Shown here in pieces: positions 49,269 to 61,900 of a stretch of 64,000 nt of DNA; within the stretch, counting starts at the first letter, position 1, and each line of letters opens with the position of its first letter. The notes beneath the pieces were generated by a model. The model did not search any database and was not told the DNA's origin. It was given only the letters and a program-made list of their open reading frames with translations. Source of the stretch: Myxococcota bacterium (GTDB lineage: Bacteria; Myxococcota_A; Polyangia; Nannocystales; Nannocystaceae). The position numbers and the translations under genes were made by a program. The stretch spans positions 480,001-544,000 of the forward strand of contig JBCCHT010000001.1 of assembly GCA_039028615.1 (NCBI GenBank), in the 5' to 3' direction.

Positions 49269-50867
49269 TCAGCGACGGAACCGACGGAACAGCCGCGCGG
49301 GCATGCTCCACAGCAGGTCCGCCCCCGGATAGCCGAAGGCCCGAAGCACGCGAGCGTAGACGAGAAAGCCGACGCCGATGAGCACGAGCAGCACGGGCGC
49401 GAGCACATAGACGGGCCAGTCGCTCAACCCCAGCTGCGGCGCGAGCTCGGTCGCACCCCACCACGCCCCGAACACCACCGCCCCCATCACCGCATTGGCG
49501 CACAGCAGCGCGCCCGCCCGGGCCAGTCGTCGCTCGACCGGCAGCGCCCCGACGATCCGCGAGAAGGCGACGCGCAGCACGAAGATGTTGGTCAACGCCC
49601 CGAGCCCGGTCCCGAGCGCGATGCCGGGCGTCCCGAGCCGCTCGTGGGTCAGGGCATTGAACACGATGTTGACCGCCACCGCGCTCGCCGAAGCCAGCAG
49701 CGGGATGCGGGGGCGGTCGATCGTATAGAAGGCGGGCGCGAAGATCTTGACCAGGCTGTAGGGCAACAGACCCAGCATGTACGCCTGCAGCACGAAGCCG
49801 ATGGCCTCCGCGTCGGCGACCGAGGTCGCGCCGTGGGCATAGACCAGCCGGGTCACGGGCACCGCGAGCACGAGCAAGCCCACCGCCGAGGCGCTGGTGA
49901 GCATGAGACCCGCGCTGGCGCTCTCAGCCACCCGCGCGAGCAGAGCGCTGCGATCCCCCTTGGCGGCTTCCTCGGAGACGTGCGTCGTGGTCACCGTGGC
50001 CAGAGCGACGCCGAACACCCCGAGCGGCAAGAAGAACAAGCGGAAGGCGTAGCTCAGCTGAGCCACCGCCCCGTCGCTCAGCGAGCCGGCGAAGCGCGTA
50101 TTGACGAAGATGTTGATCTGCACCGCGGCCAGGCCGACGAGCGCGGGGGCCATGAGCCGAGCGATGCGACGAATGCCGGGGTCGTTCCAGACCCCGCGCA
50201 GGCGCAGCCATGGCCGGTAGCCCAGGCGCCACAGCGACGGCAGCTGCAGGCCGGCCTGGGCCGCACCCGCGGCCAGCGTGCCCATGCTCCAGTACATCAC
50301 GCCCTGCTCGACCGGTGCCCCGAGCAGCCACACCACCGCTCCGGCGACGATGCTGACCACGTTGAACAGCGCGGGCGCCAGGGCGGGCATGACGAAGCGT
50401 CGGCGGGCGTTGAGCATGCCCATCCACACCGCGCCCAGCGTCACCAACGAGAGGATGGGCATCATCACCCGCGCGAGCCGAGCGGCCAGGGCCACCTTGT
50501 GCTCGTCACCGCCGAAGCCCTCGGACATCAGGATGACGATCTCCTCGCTCCACACCATGCCCGCGAGGGTGAGGGTGCCGGTCAGGATGAGCTGCACCGA
50601 CAGCAGCAGGTTGCCCAGCGCATGCGCTCGCTCCTCGCCCTCGTTGTGCAGCGCCGCGGTGAAGGTCGGCACGAACGCGCTGGACAGCGCGCCCTCGGCC
50701 AGCAGGTCCCGCAGCAAGTTGGGGATGCGGAAGGCGACCGTGTACGAGTCGGCCACTCCGCCCGCGCCGAACAGCGCAGCAAAGACGATCTCGCGCACCA
50801 GGCCGAGCACCCGCGAGCCGAGGACGGCGACGGAAACACGACCGGTCGAACGGAGGGCCTGAGCCAC
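49269..50867 (-). CDS. murJ: Lipid II flippase MurJ (MviN)
   Basis: SRVLGLVRE, AFRIPNLLRDLLAEGALSSAFVP, LPLGVFG, PAFY. Confidence 0.95.
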   Translation of the reverse strand: MAQALRSTGRVSVAVLGSRVLGLVREIVFAALFGAGGVADSYTVAFRIPNLLRDLLAEGALSSAFVPTFTAALHNEGEERAHALGNLLLSVQLILTGTLTLAGMVWSEEIVILMSEGFGGDEHKVALAARLARVMMPILSLVTLGAVWMGMLNARRRFVMPALAPALFNVVSIVAGAVVWLLGAPVEQGVMYWSMGTLAAGAAQAGLQLPSLWRLGYRPWLRLRGVWNDPGIRRIARLMAPALVGLAAVQINIFVNTRFAGSLSDGAVAQLSYAFRLFFLPLGVFGVALATVTTTHVSEEAAKGDRSALLARVAESASAGLMLTSASAVGLLVLAVPVTRLVYAHGATSVADAEAIGFVLQAYMLGLLPYSLVKIFAPAFYTIDRPRIPLLASASAVAVNIVFNALTHERLGTPGIALGTGLGALTNIFVLRVAFSRIVGALPVERRLARAGALLCANAVMGAVVFGAWWGATELAPQLGLSDWPVYVLAPVLLVLIGVGFLVYARVLRAFGYPGADLLWSMPARLFRRFRR

Positions 50868-50894
50868 GACGACGATGGTGACCCCGCGCGGGGC

Positions 50895-51773
50895 TCAGGT
50901 CGAATTAGCGGCGGGGACGCCCACCTCGGGGACCGGAGGCCACCGCACCTCCACCAGGGTGAGTCCGGCCGCGGGCGCCGTCGGGCCCGCGCGGCGTCGA
51001 TCGGGGTCCGCGAGCAGGTCGGAGATGAGCTCGGGGGGCCGACGGTGCCGGCCGATCTCCACCAGCGTGCCGACCATGATCCGCACCATGTTGTAGAGGA
51101 AGGCCCGGCCCCGCACGTGGATCTGCACGAGGTCGGGGCCCTGCCCCGGGTCGCCGCCGTCGTGGCCTCGCGCGTCGAGTCGCCCCACGTCGCGCGCCGG
51201 ACCGCAGGGCGACGCGCCCCACTCCACCGTGACCGAGTCGATGGTGCGCTCGCTGGTCAGCGACTGGCATCGCGCCCCGCGGAAGCTGCCGTAGTCGTGG
51301 GTGCCCGCGAAGGCCTGCGCCGCCCGATGCATGACGGCGGGATCGACGCGCCGACCCAGGTGCCACTGCCGCGTCGCCGCCAGCGGATCGCGAGCCCGCG
51401 TGCAGCGAATCTCGTAGCGGTAGTGCTTGCCTTGGTTGTGGGCCCGCACGTCGATGCGGTCGCCGTCGGGGCCGTACTGCTCCCACGCCGCCACCACCGT
51501 GAGGTCCCGAGGCAACCGCCCCGACAGCGCTCGCGCGACGGACATCGGCTCGATCTCGAAGGGCGGCTCGTAGGCGACCAGCTGCCCCTGCGCATGCACC
51601 CCCGCGTCCGTTCGCGAAGCGCCGCGGGTGAGCACGGGCTGCTGATAGAGCCGCGTGAGGCCGGCCTCGAGCTCGCCCTGCACGGTCCGAACCGGGCCCT
51701 TGGGTCCGTCGGCCTGGCGGGCGAACCCATGGAAGCCGGCCCCGTGATAGGCGACGCGCAGCAGGATGCTCAT
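50895..51773 (-). CDS. truA: tRNA pseudouridine(38-40) synthase
   Basis: SRTDAGVHA, GTHDY, FLYNMVRIMVG, GPTAPAAGLTL. Confidence 0.95.
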   Translation of the reverse strand: MSILLRVAYHGAGFHGFARQADGPKGPVRTVQGELEAGLTRLYQQPVLTRGASRTDAGVHAQGQLVAYEPPFEIEPMSVARALSGRLPRDLTVVAAWEQYGPDGDRIDVRAHNQGKHYRYEIRCTRARDPLAATRQWHLGRRVDPAVMHRAAQAFAGTHDYGSFRGARCQSLTSERTIDSVTVEWGASPCGPARDVGRLDARGHDGGDPGQGPDLVQIHVRGRAFLYNMVRIMVGTLVEIGRHRRPPELISDLLADPDRRRAGPTAPAAGLTLVEVRWPPVPEVGVPAANST

Positions 51774-51786
51774 GGGCTCGGGGGGC

Positions 51787-52302
51787 TCAGCTGCCGGTCA
51801 CGCACAAGCCGACGTGCGAGTAGCAGTTGGTCGGATCGTTGGGGAACATCGGCGCGCAGGTCATGCCGGTCCCGCACTGCGGCGCTCCGGTATCGCAGAT
51901 GGCGACGCAGCAGCCGGGGCCACCGCCATCGCAACCGCCCGCGCCCCCGAGCAGGCACGACAGCCCCTCCTCGCAGCCGGACGCGCCGCCGCACGTCTCG
52001 CCCAAGCCCGCTTCCTCGCTGCCCGGCGCCACTGCTTCACACACGAACTCGCCGTCGCTGGCGATGCACTTGTCCGAGTCGGCACAGGCCGACGCGAGGG
52101 GGTCGCAGGCGGGGGACTCGAAGCACGCCGCCGCCTCCGTCTCGCCCATCTGCGGCGTGCCGGTTTCGTCGTTGGCGTCGCTGGTCGCCGAGTCGTCGCC
52201 GGTGTCGATGATGCAGCCACCACTCGACAGCGCCCCTGCGACAGAGACAATGATCACGAACGAGGACACCCACCGGTGCCGTGGACTCGAGGCGGTGTTC
52301 AC
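51787..52302 (-). CDS. Small Cys-rich lipoprotein
   Basis: GTG at 52302; lipobox SGGC; CDPLASACADSDKC, CCVAICD. Confidence 0.7.
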   Translation of the reverse strand: MNTASSPRHRWVSSFVIIVSVAGALSSGGCIIDTGDDSATSDANDETGTPQMGETEAAACFESPACDPLASACADSDKCIASDGEFVCEAVAPGSEEAGLGETCGGASGCEEGLSCLLGGAGGCDGGGPGCCVAICDTGAPQCGTGMTCAPMFPNDPTNCYSHVGLCVTGS

Positions 52303-52432
52303 TCCTGGCACTGTCGCCGTTGTGCTCAATGAAATCAATGGGTTGCCCGCCGAGCGCGCGGCCCTGCTACCGTCCCGCCACGATGCGACCCCTCGCGGGT
52401 CGAGGGTCGCGAAAAGCGAGGAGAAATTCGGC

Positions 52433-53620
<1,188 letters not shown>

Positions 53621-53817
53621 GTCTTCGGGGCTCCGGGAACGGAGCGATCCGGCGAGGGCTCACGCCGATCTCCGCGGAGACTGGAACCAACCGGGGACAG
53701 GGGGCTGCGGTCCAGGCCGCCGGCAATGGTCGGCGATGTTTCGGGACGCTGGATCACGCAAAATGATGGTGGGCGGTAGCCCCCACCGCCGTTCGGGCGT
53801 GGCACGATCCTCGGCGA

Positions 53818-55776
53818 GTGAAGGCCGGATCCGAGATCGAGAACGCTTTGGACGACCTCTTCAACGATGAAGAGGGCAACGCGACGGGTCCCGGTGCGCC
53901 CACCGTGCCCAAGGTCGCGCCGCCCAAGATCGGAGCGCCGCGGGTGCGAGGGAAGGCGCCGGTCGTGCCCAAGGTTCCCGCGCCGCCCGTCAGTGGGACC
54001 AAAGCGCCGCGCATCGGTGCGCCCCCCGTGCCCAAGGCCAAGCCGATGGCTCGACCCACGGCGCCCAAGCTCGCGCCGCCGCCGACCGGGGCTGCACCCA
54101 AGGTCGGCCGCGCACCGAAGCCTGACGCTGCGCCGAAGCCCACGGTCACCCCGAAGCCGGCCGTGGCCGCGAAGCCGACCGCGCCCGCTCGCTCGATCGG
54201 AGAAGCCCTCGGGGCCCCGACCGTGGCGGCCCAACCGGCGAGTGCTCCTGCGCCCGAGGTTCAGGAGCCCGCCCCCGTCGCCGACCCGGCTCCTGCTTCG
54301 CCGATCCCGGAAGTCACCCCCGAGCTGGACTCGGCGCCGATCGACATCACTTCGCCCGCGGTCGCGCTCGACGTTTCGGAGCCCGAGCCCGAGCCCGCCC
54401 CGGCGCCGCTCGCCTCACCCGAGACCCCGGTCCCTCCACCGGATGCCGCGTGGGTGGCCGATCCGATGGTGCCTCCGCCACCGGAGTTCTCGCCTCGGGC
54501 GTCCTCGTCGGAGCTCCCGCTGGAGAACGAGATCAGTGGCGACGCCGACTCTGGAGCGCAGGAGGCCGCCGACATCGACATCGATCCCGACGAGTCGGGC
54601 GACTCGCTGTCCCTCGACTTTCGCGACGAGCCCCCCGCGGCGGTCGGTGACGACGACGAGTTCGACGTCGACCTCGAAGCCACGGGCAACAGCCCGATCG
54701 CGATCGAGACCGGGCCCGTCGCATTGGCCCGCCCCGCCGTAGAGGTCGTGCGAAAGCCGGTGCCGACGACCGGCCCCCGCCCTCCGGTCCCTCGCGGCCA
54801 GACGTCGGTGCCGTTCTCCCACCTTCCCTCCGCCGACCGCCGACCCAAGAAGGCGATGTGGATCGGCGCGTTGGCGGCTTCCGTCGTGCTCGTGGGCGCG
54901 ATGGTCTGGCTGGGAGGGGGCGACGACTCGAACAGCGACGCGACGCAGGTCGCCGCCAACGACAGTGCGCCGAAGACGAAGGCCGCTCCCGCTGCCGCGG
55001 TGGAGCCCGAACAGAAGGAGGCTCCGCCCCAGCCGGCGAGCGCGGAGGCGGAGCCGAGCGCAGCCGCTGCGGCCGTCCCCGCCGAGCCTGCGGAAGAAGA
55101 CCCCACCGAGACTGAGCTCTCGGAAGCGGACGCCGCCGAGGCCGAGGCCGCCGACGCGGGTGAACCCGCCGCGGCCGATGTCGCCGATCCCGAAGCGGCG
55201 GAGCCCGTCGCCGAGGAGGAACCTGCGGTCGAGGCCGAGCCCGAACCGGAGCCCGAACCCGAACCCGAACCGGAGCCTGAACCCGAGCCGGCACCGGCTC
55301 CGACCGCCTCGGGCACGTCCGCCGAGTACACGGCTGCCGCCGCCGAGTATCGACAGTCGAAGAGCCAGGAATCGCTGCTCGCGATGACCGTGGCCGCCTG
55401 CCGCATGGACGACGGCTACGCTGCCCGTGACGCCTTCCGCAAGCTCAAGGGACGCTCGCTGCGAACCTCGGCCATCGTCGACTGCCGCGCAGTGAACATC
55501 GACGTGCTGGCCCGCGTGGACGACTACACGGGCCCCGAGTACCTACGGAAGGCCCAGGCGGCGATGGACGCGGGGGACACCCAGGGCGCCCTGAACTACG
55601 CCCGCTCGAGCAATCGCGTCAAGCGCAGCAGCGCCGCGCTGGCCATGATGAGCCTGGCCGCCTGCAAGCTCGGTGACGCGGAGGAGGCCGAGCGCCTGTT
55701 CCCGCACGTGTCCAAGAAGGCCCGGCCCGCGCTCATCGACAGCTGTGCGAAGTTCGGCGTCGAGCTGGACGGCTGA
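53818..55776 (+). CDS. Pro/Ala-rich single-TM protein with duplicated C-terminal Cys-helical module
   Basis: Low-complexity N-terminus, TM WIGALAASVVLVGAMVWL, (EP)9 linker, two AAC...C repeats. Confidence 0.7.
   Translation: MKAGSEIENALDDLFNDEEGNATGPGAPTVPKVAPPKIGAPRVRGKAPVVPKVPAPPVSGTKAPRIGAPPVPKAKPMARPTAPKLAPPPTGAAPKVGRAPKPDAAPKPTVTPKPAVAAKPTAPARSIGEALGAPTVAAQPASAPAPEVQEPAPVADPAPASPIPEVTPELDSAPIDITSPAVALDVSEPEPEPAPAPLASPETPVPPPDAAWVADPMVPPPPEFSPRASSSELPLENEISGDADSGAQEAADIDIDPDESGDSLSLDFRDEPPAAVGDDDEFDVDLEATGNSPIAIETGPVALARPAVEVVRKPVPTTGPRPPVPRGQTSVPFSHLPSADRRPKKAMWIGALAASVVLVGAMVWLGGGDDSNSDATQVAANDSAPKTKAAPAAAVEPEQKEAPPQPASAEAEPSAAAAAVPAEPAEEDPTETELSEADAAEAEAADAGEPAAADVADPEAAEPVAEEEPAVEAEPEPEPEPEPEPEPEPEPAPAPTASGTSAEYTAAAAEYRQSKSQESLLAMTVAACRMDDGYAARDAFRKLKGRSLRTSAIVDCRAVNIDVLARVDDYTGPEYLRKAQAAMDAGDTQGALNYARSSNRVKRSSAALAMMSLAACKLGDAEEAERLFPHVSKKARPALIDSCAKFGVELDG
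55237..55290 (+). repeat. Hexamer tandem repeat encoding (Glu-Pro)9
   Basis: GARCCN x9 with synonymous variation. Confidence 0.8.
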
Positions 55777-55825
55777 CGTCGGCTGAAGTCCCGATCACCG
55801 ATCGGTCGTACTATGCTCGCGCGCC

Positions 55826-57010
<1,185 letters not shown>

Positions 57011-57104
57011 GCGTTCCGCCGCGCTCGCGAGTACGTCGCTGGGGGCGCCGTGTGTGGGGGGAGCCCACCTTCCATGGCGCCGGGCAGCGATGTAACGATG
57101 AGCC

Positions 57105-58295
57105 GTGACTCGTCGAACGCTCCTCGTCGCATCCATGCTCGCGGCCCTGCCGATGACGGGTTGCCCCGCGAACGACCCCGCGCCGAGCCCCGCCGCCGAC
57201 ACCGGCTCGACCGACACGGGCACCACGCCCACGCCCGATCCGGTTCCCAGCGACGCGGCCGACTCCACCGGCCCCGTCGCCACGGACAGCAGCGAGAGCG
57301 GTGAGCCGCCGCCGGGGCTCGAGCCAGGCCCCGACGTCGTCATCCATGCCTTCGAGCAGGCTCACGTGTACTTCTCGGGCTGGGACGAAGGCCAGAACTT
57401 CCGCAGCATCGACACCGAGGTCGAGTTTCCCTCCGCCGACCTCGGCTACGAGAACATCGGCCTGTACATCACGCTGCGCTGCCCCGAGGGCGGCTGCGAC
57501 TTCTGGGACCGCTTCGCGACGCTCGGCGTGGTCGAGAATGCGGGCACCGACGACGAGCGTGTCATCGAGGTCAGCCGCTTCATCACCCCCTATCGCGTGG
57601 AGGGCAGCTGGGGCATCGACGTCTCGCGTTTGCGGCCGCTGCTCACGGGAACCCAGACGCTGCGCGTGCACATCGACACCTGGGTCGGCCCGGGGCACGC
57701 CCAAGGAGCGGGCTGGCTGGTGGACGCGCGCTTCGAGTTGTTCGGGGGCGTGCCCTCCCCGCGACCGGTCGAGGTCATCCCGGTCTGGAACCGCCGCGAC
57801 TTCGAGATCGGCTGCCCCTCCTGCGACGTGGCCGAGGCCCTGCCTCCCCAGACGATCGAGATCCGCGAGGATGCGGCCCGCGTCGACCTCGTCTCCGTCA
57901 TCACCGGTCACGGCCAGGGCAACCTCGACAACTGCGCCGAGTTCTGCTCGCTCGAGCACACGCTGAACGCGGGCGCCTCGACGCTCGCCCGCACCATCTG
58001 GCGCGATGACTGCGACCAGAACCCCATCAGCGGGCAGCAGGGCACCTGGACCTTGTCGCGCGCGGGATGGTGCCCCGGCGACGACGTGGACCCGTGGGTC
58101 GAGGACATCACCCCGGCCAAGGGCACCACCAGCATCGACGTCTCGTACGCCCTCGACGGCTACAGCAACACCTGCCACCCCGAGTCCCCCGTCTGCGAAG
58201 GCTGTGCCCTCGGCACGGGCTGCGATTTCGACGGCGGCAACCACACCGCGCCGCAGATCAAGATGTCGAGCCTCGCCGTGGTCTACATCGACTGA
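57105..58295 (+). CDS. Peptide-N-glycosidase F-like lipoprotein
   Basis: Lipobox MTGC; CDFWDR, EVSRFITPY, ITGHG, CAEFC, GTW..SRAGWCPG. Confidence 0.85.
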   Translation: MTRRTLLVASMLAALPMTGCPANDPAPSPAADTGSTDTGTTPTPDPVPSDAADSTGPVATDSSESGEPPPGLEPGPDVVIHAFEQAHVYFSGWDEGQNFRSIDTEVEFPSADLGYENIGLYITLRCPEGGCDFWDRFATLGVVENAGTDDERVIEVSRFITPYRVEGSWGIDVSRLRPLLTGTQTLRVHIDTWVGPGHAQGAGWLVDARFELFGGVPSPRPVEVIPVWNRRDFEIGCPSCDVAEALPPQTIEIREDAARVDLVSVITGHGQGNLDNCAEFCSLEHTLNAGASTLARTIWRDDCDQNPISGQQGTWTLSRAGWCPGDDVDPWVEDITPAKGTTSIDVSYALDGYSNTCHPESPVCEGCALGTGCDFDGGNHTAPQIKMSSLAVVYID

Positions 58296-58418
58296 TCCGG
58301 ATCAGCGGGTGTCATCTCGGTCGGCTCGACTACGCCGGTCACGAACACCACCACAATCTTCGCTCCAATCGCCTCACGTCGTGATCGATTGCACGTCGGT
58401 CGTGACTGAGGCCTTCGG

Positions 58419-61013
58419 ATGCATGCACAACCGAGTCTCCTCCTCGCGCTCGCGGCCCTGGGGGTCACGAGCGCGGTGCCGCCAGGTTGCACCACCGAAC
58501 CGGTCTGTCCCGGGCGTGGCTGCGGCTTTCCCTATCAACCCGAGAGCCTGCCTCCGGTTCATCGGGAGTCGAGCTACGACACGCCGACCTCGCTGTACGC
58601 GACGCGTAGCCACGCTACGCCGCCCACCGCGATGACGGAGGCGGGCGGGTTCTTCATCGCCGATGGGCGCCTGTACGACGCCGACGGCGGGGAGTTCGTC
58701 ATTCGCGGGATCAACAACCCCCACGCCTGGTTCGACGACTACGACCGGGACTGGGCCTACGACGCCCTGGAGTCGATCGCGGGCTACGGCTTCAACACGG
58801 TGCGGATCGTCTGGGAGACCGACGAGAGCACCACGCAGCTGCAGCGGATCATCGAGCGCACCGTCGAGCTGCGCATGATCCCGATGATCGAGCTGCACGA
58901 CGTCACGGGGGACGAAAGCGGCACCCGGCTACGCGAGACCGCGTCATACTTCCTGCGCGACGGCGTGCTCGAGCTGCTTCAGGAGCACCGCCGCCACCTG
59001 CTGCTCAACGTCGCCAACGAGTGGAGCGGTGACGACTGGTACGACGAGTACGCGCAGACGGTGGACATGCTGCGCGACGGTGGCCTGGACCACACGCTGG
59101 TCATCGATGCGAACGGCTGGGGGCAGAACGCACAGGTCATCCTCGACGATGGCCAGGCGCTGCTCGACCACGACCCGGAGCACAACCTGCTGTTTTCCGT
59201 GCACATGTACGAGTCCTACGACGACGTCGAGACGATCACCGAGACGCTCGAGGCGGCCGTCGATGCCCAGCTACCGCTCATCGTGGGCGAGTTCGGCTGG
59301 CAGCACGGCCACCCGGTGGAGACCATCGATTTTCGTCGGATCATGGCCGACTGCGAGCGCCTCGGCCTGGGCTATGTGCCGTGGTCGTGGAAGGGCAACA
59401 ACGAGGTCGTCGAGTACCTCGACATGAGCCACGACTGGGGCGGCAACGACCTCACCGAGTGGGGCCGCGCCGTGATCTACGAGGCCAACGGGATCAACGC
59501 GACCTCGCACCTCGCCAGCGTGTTCGCCCCCGAGGGCGGGGAGGTGCCCGAGCCCGTCGAGCCCGTGTGCCCCAGCTTCTCCGAGGGGGTGGAGACCGGG
59601 GCACTGCAGACCGGTTCGGTCGTGGAGGCCTCGGGCCTGGCGGCGAGTCGCCAGAGTCCCGGCGTCCTGTGGACCCACAACGACTCCGGGGACGGCGCTC
59701 GGATCTTCGCCGTCGACACCGACGGTCGAAAGCCGGGCACCTTCGGCTTGGCGGGCGCGGACGCGATCGACTACGAGGACATTGCGATCGCGGGCACCGA
59801 CCTGTTCGTGGGAGACATCGGTGACAATGCCGAGTGGCGCGACGAGATTGCCGTGTATCGCGTCGCCGAGCCGTGGGTCGATCCCGCGGGCGAGGCGGTC
59901 AGCCTCGAGCTCGCCACCACCCGCCTGCGCCTGCGATATCCCGACCGGGCTCACAACGCGGAGACGCTGCTCGCCGACCCGGAGAGCGGGGACCTGTTCA
60001 TCGTGACGAAGGAAGGCTCGGGCAACTCGCGAGTCTTCCGGGCCCCTGCGCCCCACGACCCCGCCGAGGTCATCACCCTCGATCACGTCGCGACTCTGCC
60101 CTTCGCCAGCGCGATGCTCCCGGGGAACCGCTACGCTACGGGCGGCGACGTCTCCCCGAATGGCGACGGCGTGCTGCTGACCTCCTACGACCGCGCCTTC
60201 TATTGGCCACGGCCGCTGGGCGAGCCCCTGTGGCGGGCCTTCGACGTCGACCCCTGCCCCGTGCCGCGCCGCTACGAGCCCCAGGGCGAGGCCATCGCGT
60301 TCACGTCGGGCGGAGACGGCTACTACACGGTGAGCGAGGGTCAGTATGCCCCGCTGTACCTCCAGGGCGAGGACGGAGGCATCGCGCCTCCCGTCGATCC
60401 CGGGGCGGAGCCCGAGCCCGATCCGGGGGCCGAGCCCGATCCTCCTGCCGAGTGCGTCCCGCAGTGCGGAGCCCAGCAGTGTGGCGCCGATCCAGTCTGC
60501 GGACAAAGCTGCGGCGCCTGCAACGGAGAAGACCTCTGCGATGGCGTCGGCGCCTGCATCGGAGCCATCGACGGCGCCTTCATCCTCCGCAACGACTACC
60601 AGGACGACGAAATCGGCTCCTACGTACAGAGCGAGGCTGATGCCCTGCGTGTGCACCATCGGCAGTGGGGTCGCCAGTGGATGTGGGTCATCAACACGTC
60701 CACGCCCATCTCGGTGGTCGCGGGCGACCGCTACCGCGTGCGCTTCGAGTTCGCCGACGCGCCCGACCACCCGGTGCAGGGGCTGTCGGTCGGGCTCACC
60801 CGGGGCTGGACCAGCCACCACCCGCAGCTGCTCGACGACCCGGTCTGGGTGCCGTCTCCCGGCCTGGGCGGTGAGTTCGGCGCGCTCGAAGCCACGATCA
60901 CCGCATCGGAGAGCGGGCCAGTGAACCTCGCCATCGAACTGTACTGGGGCGAGAAACCGCCCTTCGAGATCGATGCTTGGCTCCGCGACATTCGTGTCAG
61001 CGCGGCGCCCTGA
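58419..61013 (+). CDS. Multidomain secreted GH5 (beta-mannanase-like) plus beta-propeller, Cys-rich and CBM-like domains
   Basis: GINNPHAWF, NVANEW, FSVHMY, VGEFG, WSWKGN; propeller EASGL...HNDSG...GDIGDN...QGEAI. Confidence 0.85.
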   Translation: MHAQPSLLLALAALGVTSAVPPGCTTEPVCPGRGCGFPYQPESLPPVHRESSYDTPTSLYATRSHATPPTAMTEAGGFFIADGRLYDADGGEFVIRGINNPHAWFDDYDRDWAYDALESIAGYGFNTVRIVWETDESTTQLQRIIERTVELRMIPMIELHDVTGDESGTRLRETASYFLRDGVLELLQEHRRHLLLNVANEWSGDDWYDEYAQTVDMLRDGGLDHTLVIDANGWGQNAQVILDDGQALLDHDPEHNLLFSVHMYESYDDVETITETLEAAVDAQLPLIVGEFGWQHGHPVETIDFRRIMADCERLGLGYVPWSWKGNNEVVEYLDMSHDWGGNDLTEWGRAVIYEANGINATSHLASVFAPEGGEVPEPVEPVCPSFSEGVETGALQTGSVVEASGLAASRQSPGVLWTHNDSGDGARIFAVDTDGRKPGTFGLAGADAIDYEDIAIAGTDLFVGDIGDNAEWRDEIAVYRVAEPWVDPAGEAVSLELATTRLRLRYPDRAHNAETLLADPESGDLFIVTKEGSGNSRVFRAPAPHDPAEVITLDHVATLPFASAMLPGNRYATGGDVSPNGDGVLLTSYDRAFYWPRPLGEPLWRAFDVDPCPVPRRYEPQGEAIAFTSGGDGYYTVSEGQYAPLYLQGEDGGIAPPVDPGAEPEPDPGAEPDPPAECVPQCGAQQCGADPVCGQSCGACNGEDLCDGVGACIGAIDGAFILRNDYQDDEIGSYVQSEADALRVHHRQWGRQWMWVINTSTPISVVAGDRYRVRFEFADAPDHPVQGLSVGLTRGWTSHHPQLLDDPVWVPSPGLGGEFGALEATITASESGPVNLAIELYWGEKPPFEIDAWLRDIRVSAAP

Positions 61014-61023
61014 ACCCGAACTG

Positions 61024-61776
61024 CTACTTCCGCCCCACGGCCACCAGCGCTTCGGCGCCGGGGCCATAGGGGCGGCCGTCGAGGCCCCCGTAGAGCTTCA
61101 CGTCGCTGAGCCCCGCCCAGTTCATCAGCTCGCGCAGCTCCTTGCCCGAGTACAGCGTGTGCTCGAAGCCGAAGCGCTCGACCTCCTTGCCGCGAATGAG
61201 CAGCCACTCGCTCCGGGCCCGGCACCAGTCGTCGAGGATTTCCACCCGCTGAATGAGCAGCGAGCCGTCACGCTCCCGCGTGGGCTGGCGGTTCAAGGGT
61301 AGACGCTCGGCCAGCGCCTCCTTGCCCACCATGTGCAGCACCACGACGCCGTCGTCGTGAATGCTCTCGACCATGTTCTTGAGGGTCCGCATGTCGTCGG
61401 CCTGGACCGCGAAGTAGCCGAACGACGTGGCCAGGTTGACCACCACATCGAACGCCCCCGGATCCACGAACTCCCGCATGTCCTTGCGCACCCAGTCCAC
61501 CGCCGCCTTGGCGTCCTGCGCTCGCCCGCGGGCCTTGTCGAGCAGGTACTGGCTGAGATCCACGCCCGTCACCTGCATGCCGAGGCGAGCGAGGGGAATC
61601 GCGTGACGGCCCGGACCACAGCACAGGTCCAGCAAGCGCCCCGAGCTCACCCCCGCCAGCTCGAGCAGCTGCGCCGCCTCGTCGTGGGCCCCGTCGAAAC
61701 GATCGGGGGAGAACATCAAGGGGTACATCCGCTCCCACACGCCCTCGTCCTGCAACCAGTCCGCCATCGCAACCAT
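61024..61776 (-). CDS. Class I SAM-dependent methyltransferase
   Basis: LLDLCCGPGRH, GVDLS, DMREF, TSFGYF; start could be 61767. Confidence 0.9.
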   Translation of the reverse strand: MVAMADWLQDEGVWERMYPLMFSPDRFDGAHDEAAQLLELAGVSSGRLLDLCCGPGRHAIPLARLGMQVTGVDLSQYLLDKARGRAQDAKAAVDWVRKDMREFVDPGAFDVVVNLATSFGYFAVQADDMRTLKNMVESIHDDGVVVLHMVGKEALAERLPLNRQPTRERDGSLLIQRVEILDDWCRARSEWLLIRGKEVERFGFEHTLYSGKELRELMNWAGLSDVKLYGGLDGRPYGPGAEALVAVGRK

Positions 61777-61900
61777 CTTGCCACGGCCACCCCACCTTCG
61801 TGCGGACGGAAATTGGACTGGGGCCGTCGGGCGCGGTCCGGCTCAGAACGCCATATAGCGGCGTTGTGATGCACCAAGGAGAACAGACCGCGACCGGTCG

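Noticed and set aside
43712..49381. 712-aa and 812-aa plus-strand ORFs
   Set aside because: Antisense to the kinase and Cys-rich lipoprotein genes, which carry clear motifs.
48927..52211. 1094-aa plus-strand ORF
   Set aside because: Antisense shadow of murJ and truA; Arg/Gly/Ala-rich with no motifs, as expected from stop-codon scarcity at high GC.
51827..52432. Apparent 202-aa N-terminal extension of the dehydrogenase
   Set aside because: It is the reverse complement of the small Cys-rich lipoprotein gene; a good RBS precedes ATG 52433.
55237..55290. (EP)9 repeat as a phase-variation tract
   Set aside because: Unit length is a multiple of three with synonymous variation, so it is an ordinary linker.
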